DNA of 64,000 nt. It comes from Gammaproteobacteria bacterium. Its GTDB lineage: Bacteria > Pseudomonadota > Gammaproteobacteria > Eutrophobiales > Eutrophobiaceae. Location of the stretch: positions 3,200,001 through 3,264,000 of the forward strand of contig OZ244905.1 of assembly GCA_965221695.1 (NCBI GenBank), written 5' to 3'. A program made the position numbers and the translations under genes. Positions within the stretch are counted from its first letter, which is position 1; every line of letters starts with the position of its first letter. This document shows, piece after piece, positions 58,494-64,000 of this stretch. The notes under the pieces are model-generated. The model made no database searches and was not told the DNA's origin. It saw only the letters and a program-made list of their open reading frames with translations.

Positions 58494-59544
58494 CCGGCAG
58501 TTTTACGTCCAGCTCCGCAGCCACCTTAGAAATTATCCGCCAGGTAGCCTTGAGCACCGGCACGCCGTGTTGCAACCGCCGTTCCCGTTCTGCAAAGGCC
58601 TGTTCTCCCGGTATCCGTATCTCGTCAACACCGGGGGCTTTTTTTGACGCTTTGATCCGGCTGATATAGTCATTTGCGGCCGCTTCGAATGCGCCGGCTT
58701 CCTGGAAACAGGTCGGGTCGACGGCAATGAAAAAGTGGCCCATCCCATCAATTTTCTCGCCGGTATACAGCCCCCAGAGATCCGGGGCCAGCGCGCTGCC
58801 GGTAAGCGGACCGCTGAGTAACGCGACACAGAGCGCGATCCCGAAGCCTTTATGGCCGGCGAGTGGGCTGATCGCGCCTTCCCGGATGGCCGCGGCGTCT
58901 GTTGTCGGCAGTCCGTCGGGGCCGATGCCGGTTCCCGCCGGCACCGTTTCTCCGTGGTATGCAGCCTGGCGTATACGGGCGCTGGACAGCGCGCTCGTGG
59001 CCATATCAAATACCAGCGGATCCTGCTTGCCGGCAGGGAAGCCGAAGGCCAGGGGATTGGTGCTCAACATGCGTTCCACCCCTCCGTAAGGGTGAACCAG
59101 CGGCGGTCCCGCAGTGAAAGCGAGACCTACCATACCTGCCCGGGCCATACGCTCGGCATAGAATCCCAGCATGAAGATATCCGAACTGTTGGTTACGCCT
59201 ACGGCACAGACGCCAAATTCCCGGGCCTTGGCAACGGCTTCGTCCACTGCCATCAGCGCGGCCGGTTGGCCCAGGCCCTTGTTTCCGTCGACCAGGATAC
59301 CGGCTTTATGCTCCCAGCAGATTTTCGCGCGCGCATCCGCGCTGATCACGCCACTGCGAATGTAATCCAGGATGTAAGGCATATAGTCGATGCCCTGCAA
59401 TCCTTTGCCGCGCAGGTCGGCTTCAAAATGTACCAGGGCCGCTTGCTCCGCAATGTCATCAGGGCAACCGACCGCACACAGCAACCGCCGCATCAGTGAG
59501 AACAGTTCTTCTGCGTCTATGACCAGTTCCGGTCTTTCTGTCAT
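58480..59544 (-). CDS. Ldh_2 family (AllD/ComC/Mdh-type) NAD(P)-dependent oxidoreductase
   Basis: EADLRG, DG..GLGQ, TNP.AFGFP, DMATS, GHKGFG, IRIPGE; start at MTERP (59544). Confidence 0.85.
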   Translation of the reverse strand: MTERPELVIDAEELFSLMRRLLCAVGCPDDIAEQAALVHFEADLRGKGLQGIDYMPYILDYIRSGVISADARAKICWEHKAGILVDGNKGLGQPAALMAVDEAVAKAREFGVCAVGVTNSSDIFMLGFYAERMARAGMVGLAFTAGPPLVHPYGGVERMLSTNPLAFGFPAGKQDPLVFDMATSALSSARIRQAAYHGETVPAGTGIGPDGLPTTDAAAIREGAISPLAGHKGFGIALCVALLSGPLTGSALAPDLWGLYTGEKIDGMGHFFIAVDPTCFQEAGAFEAAANDYISRIKASKKAPGVDEIRIPGEQAFAERERRLQHGVPVLKATWRIISKVAAELDVKLPVAQH

Positions 59545-59584
59545 CTGCTCTTCCTGTCGGGATACCGATTTAATGCTGCCCGCG

Positions 59585-61330
59585 TCAGTTGGTCTGGTAA
59601 CCGGAACCAAGCGCCTTGTAGGCGCCGTCGGTCCCATACCAGGTGATGAATTCTTCCCAGTTGGGCGCTTCGCGCCAGTTGATTTCGGTGTCGGTAACCA
59701 CTTGTACCAGCGCTGTCTTGCCGGAATCCAGGGCGCGTCGAATCGCGGGACCAATCTCTTCGGTCCTGGTTACATACTCACCATGGGCGCCCAGGCCCCG
59801 GGCAACCTGATCCAGCCGGATATCCTTCTGGCCCTCCACCTCCACTTTACCGTCTTCACCAAAAGTATCCACATAAGCGGACTGCTCCATGCCCCAGGCG
59901 CCGTCGAAATTCACGATGATCACGATCGGCAGGTTATGGCGGGTCATGGTTTCCAGTTCCATCAGGTGGAACATGAGCGCGGAGTCGCCGGTGATCAAAG
60001 CCACCCTGCGCTCGTTGCCAACAGCCAGTTGCGCGCCGATGGCATAAGGCATCCCCGCGCCCAGGTGCCCGAACTTGGAAGTCCACAGGTAATCGTTGCT
60101 GCGCTGTTCGTGGTAGAGAAATTCCCACAACGTGGTGCAACCCCCGTCCCTGACGATGACCGCGTCATCCGGGATGGCCTTGCGCGCTTCAACCATCAGG
60201 CGTCCGGGGTGGATCTTTTCCGTTGCCGGCGCTGCGTCGATAAGCGAGTTACGGAAGCTGACGAAACGTTCACGCCATTCAGCCAGCCTGGCGTGGGGGG
60301 TGAATGGTCCCGAAGCCTGCAATGCCCGGGTCAACTGGGGCGCAACATCGCGTAAATCGCCTACCAGGGGCACATCGATTTCCCGATTGACGCCAATGGC
60401 AGACGGATCTCGTTCAATATATATCCACTTTCTGCCGGTGTTGCCCTCGGCAAAATGGAATGCCTTGCCGTAATGGAAATTCTCTCCTATGGAAGCGCCC
60501 ACCGCCAGTACCACATCAGCCTCCGCCACCGCCTCATTGGCGGATTCAGAGGAATACATTAATACTTGTTCGTGGGTTTCTGGCAGTGCTCCACGCCCGC
60601 CCCAGGTGCAGATTACGGGACATTTCAGGGTTTCAGCCAAGCCTCTGACCTGGTCATGGCCCCTTGAGGTATGTACGCCTGTACCGGCGATCAATATCGG
60701 CAGTTGCGCATTCCTCAGGGTCTGTACAGCCTCGTCGATGGCTTGCGGGTCAGCCTGCTGTGTAGTCAGGCGGTATTGCTCCGGTGGCAGGATGGGATCG
60801 AATTCCAGTTTTTCAAATTCGGTGTTCTCCGGTATCTCAATGAATACCGGTCCCGGCTTACCCGACTGGGCCTGTCGAAATGCCTCGCGGAAAACCTCGT
60901 CCACCAATGCCGGGAACTCGATGATACCGATGTATTTCATCGCTTCTTCGAAAAAGCGCGGTTGGTGCGTATACTGAAACTTGCTGCGCCGTACCGAAGA
61001 GTCGAATACCCGCGCCCGTTGCGCGGCGATAAACAAGGTGGGAATATTTTCCTTGGAGGCAAGGACCGCGGCAGGCAGCATGTTGGCAACGCCTGGTCCT
61101 TCACCGGCCATTACGACACCCATCCTCCCGGTCATGCGGGACAGGCCGTCAGCCATCATGCCCCCTGCGGCTTCGTGGCGCGGGCTGATAACCTTGATGC
61201 CCTTCTTTACGGCCTGGTGGTGAATTTCCAGGTAGCCGGGGTCAGGAATGGAAAATATATGTCCGATGCCTTCCGCCAGGAACAGGTCGACAATTCGCTC
61301 GCCAACGGATTGTGTAATCGTGTTGCCCAT
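59585..61330 (-). CDS. ThDP-dependent enzyme (acetolactate synthase/acyl-CoA lyase-like)
   Basis: RHEAAGGMMADG.SR.TG, GPGVAN, PGPVFIEIP, GHLG.G.PYAIGA, TGDSA...NFDGAWG. Confidence 0.85.
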   Translation of the reverse strand: MGNTITQSVGERIVDLFLAEGIGHIFSIPDPGYLEIHHQAVKKGIKVISPRHEAAGGMMADGLSRMTGRMGVVMAGEGPGVANMLPAAVLASKENIPTLFIAAQRARVFDSSVRRSKFQYTHQPRFFEEAMKYIGIIEFPALVDEVFREAFRQAQSGKPGPVFIEIPENTEFEKLEFDPILPPEQYRLTTQQADPQAIDEAVQTLRNAQLPILIAGTGVHTSRGHDQVRGLAETLKCPVICTWGGRGALPETHEQVLMYSSESANEAVAEADVVLAVGASIGENFHYGKAFHFAEGNTGRKWIYIERDPSAIGVNREIDVPLVGDLRDVAPQLTRALQASGPFTPHARLAEWRERFVSFRNSLIDAAPATEKIHPGRLMVEARKAIPDDAVIVRDGGCTTLWEFLYHEQRSNDYLWTSKFGHLGAGMPYAIGAQLAVGNERRVALITGDSALMFHLMELETMTRHNLPIVIIVNFDGAWGMEQSAYVDTFGEDGKVEVEGQKDIRLDQVARGLGAHGEYVTRTEEIGPAIRRALDSGKTALVQVVTDTEINWREAPNWEEFITWYGTDGAYKALGSGYQTN

Positions 61331-61367
61331 GTGTTATCCCCAGATATATTGTCGCTTGATTATTATA

Positions 61368-61495
61368 AGAGGTTCCTTAACATAGTATTATAAATCCTGT
61401 CGCTTGTATTCCCGCCGGCGTCTGCATCAACATCGTTTGCGGGATGCAGGTCCCTAGTGAATAATATTAGGGAATAATCATCAGAGGTTCCTTAG
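61368..61495 (+). repeat. Two further end remnants of the five-hairpin element
   Basis: AGAGGTTCC-TTAA (61368-61380) and TTAG-GGAATAATCA-TCAGAGGTTCC-TTAG (61467-61495). Confidence 0.55.
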
Positions 61496-61516
61496 CCGAT
61501 TGTCAGGAGCGCTACC

Positions 61517-62698
61517 ATGCCGCAGACCAATACAGTCCTTACCATCCCTGAGCCCGGTGTTGTGCAACTGAAGGAAAAACCGTATCCGCGCATCGTTGCG
61601 CCTTATGTCCTGGTCAAGGTGGCTATTGCGCCGATTTGTATTGAACACCAGATCTACCGGGATTTTACTTTCGAGTGGCATGAAGATTACGAACATTTGG
61701 GTCACGAGGGCGTCGGCGAGGTAGTCGAAAGCTGGAACGGTTCCAGGTTCAAGCCTGGCGATCGTGTGATTATCTACCAGGGGGATCCCTGTGGAGAGTG
61801 TTTTGTCTGTACCCGTGGCCTCAGCCCTACCCACTGCATGGACCATCCTTATGAACAGATGGATGGTGGCGCGACTCTGCAGGGCGTGGTGGATGACGGC
61901 CGTGGCACGGCTATGATGGAGTATACGGGCAGGATGGGCGTGGGCATGCGCGCCATTGAACTCAAGTGCAACAGTGAATCCGGGGGGTTTGGCTTCTCGC
62001 GTTATCGCATAGCTCCGGAAATCATGTTGCAGAAGATTCCCGACAATCTCGACTTCCGCCATGCGGCAGCGGCCAACTGCACGGCAGGCTGCACCTACAC
62101 CGGCATCGAGGAGCTGGGCGTCAGTCATGGCGATCACGTCCTGGTAGCAGGCATCGGTTTTATCGGGTTCGGCGCGATCATTAACGCCAAGTACCGGGGA
62201 GCGACCGTGATTGCGCTGGGACGCAATCAATACCGCATGCGTCTGGCACAGAAAATGGGGGCGGACTACCTGCTGAATCCCGAGGATCCGGACTGGCTTG
62301 AGCAACTTCGTGATATTACCGGCTATAAACAGGGCGTGGATTATGCCGCCGAATGTTCCGGTTACCCGTTTTATCAGACCCGTACCATCGCCGCTCTGCG
62401 TCGTTACGGCGGCGCATTCTTCTTCGGCTTCCTACCGGGTTCAGCGGAAAAATTAGGCATCCATGTGCTGGATGAGATCATGAACCGGCATGTATCATTG
62501 ACCGGCGGCCATGATGTGCGCTGGCATGATCGTGAAGGATTACTTAACATGCTGCAGGATCCAAGTGTTCAGAAGGCGGTGGATGTGGCGGTGACCCATG
62601 AGTTCAACATGAGCAATGGAAAGGGAGCCTTCGAAGCAGCCCTGTCGAAAAAGGCCGGTAAGATTTATCTATATCCGTGGGATGATTACGCCGGTTGA
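61517..62698 (+). CDS. Zn-dependent medium-chain dehydrogenase
   Basis: LGHEGVGEV, CGECFVC...C structural Zn site, AGIGFIG. Confidence 0.85.
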   Translation: MPQTNTVLTIPEPGVVQLKEKPYPRIVAPYVLVKVAIAPICIEHQIYRDFTFEWHEDYEHLGHEGVGEVVESWNGSRFKPGDRVIIYQGDPCGECFVCTRGLSPTHCMDHPYEQMDGGATLQGVVDDGRGTAMMEYTGRMGVGMRAIELKCNSESGGFGFSRYRIAPEIMLQKIPDNLDFRHAAAANCTAGCTYTGIEELGVSHGDHVLVAGIGFIGFGAIINAKYRGATVIALGRNQYRMRLAQKMGADYLLNPEDPDWLEQLRDITGYKQGVDYAAECSGYPFYQTRTIAALRRYGGAFFFGFLPGSAEKLGIHVLDEIMNRHVSLTGGHDVRWHDREGLLNMLQDPSVQKAVDVAVTHEFNMSNGKGAFEAALSKKAGKIYLYPWDDYAG

Positions 62699-62756
62699 GT
62701 AACCGGAAGGAGAAGCCCTGATGGAATCAGTCCTCCCTCAAATTGTCTGAGCTCTT

Positions 62757-63524
62757 TCAATAGAAGCGGTCCTTGCCGATAAGCCGCACCAACAACTGTG
62801 CGGTCGGGCCGCAAGACCAACCACTGTCCACCCGTAATGACTGACCGCTGATGTAGCTGCTTTCATCTGCTGCCAGGAAATGGAAAACCCCTGCCAGGTC
62901 GGCGACGGTGGCAACCCTGCCCAACGTGGTAAAGGCATGGGCAAGTGATTGGCCCTCAATGTCGCTACCCATGGCCGTTGTGGTATAGCTCGGGCAGATT
63001 GCATTGACCCTGATTGCGCGGGGGCCCAGTTCCAGAGCTGCCATTTCCGTCATACTGATCACAGCCGCTTTGGCAGCGGAATAAACGGCGCTACCAATCT
63101 TGCTTTCTATCGCGGCCATCGAGGCGGTATTGATAATCGAACCGGCGTCATTCATTCGTGCCGGCGCGTGTTTGAGTCCGTACATGACGCCCCATTGGTT
63201 GATGCGCGTGATCTTTTCCAGCAGGCCCTGGTCCGTTTCCTCGATTTTCGGACCGATATCACCGACGCCGGCGTTGTTGCAAACAATATCCAGTTTGGTG
63301 CCCAGTGTAGCGACGGCTGAATCCAGTGCGGTTGCGACGCTTGTCTCATCAGCGCTGTCAAGCGGTGTATAGTAGGCGCCGATTTCCGCGGCTGTCCCGG
63401 AGCCGTCCACAATGTCTGCTATGACCACGCGAGCGCCCGCGCCGACAAACCGTTCAGCTACGGCGCGGCCGATACCTCCCGCTCCGCCGGTGATGAAAGC
63501 CGTCTTATTTTCAAGTGAAAACAT
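62757..63524 (-). CDS. Short-chain dehydrogenase/reductase, close paralog of 53572-54345
   Basis: TGGAGGIG, CNNAGVGDIGPKIEET, YSAAK; start at MFSLENK (63524). Confidence 0.9.
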   Translation of the reverse strand: MFSLENKTAFITGGAGGIGRAVAERFVGAGARVVIADIVDGSGTAAEIGAYYTPLDSADETSVATALDSAVATLGTKLDIVCNNAGVGDIGPKIEETDQGLLEKITRINQWGVMYGLKHAPARMNDAGSIINTASMAAIESKIGSAVYSAAKAAVISMTEMAALELGPRAIRVNAICPSYTTTAMGSDIEGQSLAHAFTTLGRVATVADLAGVFHFLAADESSYISGQSLRVDSGWSCGPTAQLLVRLIGKDRFY

Positions 63525-63531
63525 CGCTGTC

Positions 63532-64000
63532 TCAACCTGTGTATGCGGATGGCGCAAAAGCGTCCCTGTCGGTGCGGACATCAATCAAAAAAGGACCTTT
63601 CGAATCTATCGCCCTTGCGAGCGCCGATGGGAAGTCTGCCGGCCGGGTAACTTTTACCGCGTCAACGCCCATGGTTTTTGCAAGTTCTGCGAATTCAACG
63701 TCCGTATATTGCCAGAGCTCTTCGTGACGTCCGCGCAATTTGCCACCATAGGCAGGTATATAGACCTCCAGTTCTTCGTTCATGGATACATTATTGGCGA
63801 CCAGGATCACCACTGGGATGTTCCAGCGAGCAGCGGTTTCCAGTTCGGCCAGGTGATACCAGAGCCCGCCGTCTCCACTGAACAGGACGACCTGCCGTTC
63901 ATTTCCAAGAGCGCATTGCGCGCCTATTGCCGCTGGCAACCCCCAACCCAGGGAACCGGCTGCCCGAATAAAATCCTGTCCGGGTTTGACCAGGTCCACG
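63532..64000 (-). CDS. C-terminal part of a third ThDP-dependent enzyme, truncated by the window edge
   Basis: GSLGWGLPAAIGA, SGDGG...ELETA...NN. Confidence 0.85.
   Translation of the reverse strand, partial: VDLVKPGQDFIRAAGSLGWGLPAAIGAQCALGNERQVVLFSGDGGLWYHLAELETAARWNIPVVILVANNVSMNEELEVYIPAYGGKLRGRHEELWQYTDVEFAELAKTMGVDAVKVTRPADFPSALARAIDSKGPFLIDVRTDRDAFAPSAYTG

Noticed and set aside
59545-59754. N-terminal extension of the Ldh_2 ORF
   Set aside because: It overlaps the upstream ThDP gene in another frame; the family sequence starts at MTERP.
18261-61495. Recurrent GGAA.CTCTGA repeats as a CRISPR array or integron attC sites
   Set aside because: They are dispersed over more than 40 kb with no regular spacers, no cas or integrase gene, and no RYYYAAC/GTTRRRY ends.
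1-64000. tRNA, rRNA, prophage or autonomous IS
   Set aside because: None recognised by eye or in the ORF track.

Overview
Bacterial chromosomal DNA with moderately high GC and a gene repertoire that looks gammaproteobacterial (inference only). Contents, left to right: H4MPT/methylofuran-linked genes (orf9-like, pabB, orf21-like); class Ia nrdAB with tandem NrdR boxes and a DnaA box; a 10-kb catabolic operon (hydantoinase A/B, B12 acyl-CoA mutase with unusual specificity residues, CoA ligase, MeaB, acyl-CoA dehydrogenase) resembling the anaerobic indoleacetate (iaa) pathway; a convergent PadBCD-like molybdoenzyme; TonB-dependent receptors; metZ under a SAM-II riboswitch; an RND pair; an RTX protein; a FecIR-TBDR-nucleoside salvage unit with a broken receptor; TA and other gene remnants; a TPR-sulfotransferase; eutA/eutD-like genes; and a cluster with three ThDP enzymes. 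The most striking non-genic signal is a 151-155 bp five-hairpin element. It has IS5-like termini and 4-bp flanking direct repeats, shows extensive compensatory base changes between its two full copies, and sits in both cases directly behind a sigma70 -10 box in the same orientation. At least six degenerate remnants of it are also present. No rRNA, tRNA, CRISPR array or transposase was seen.
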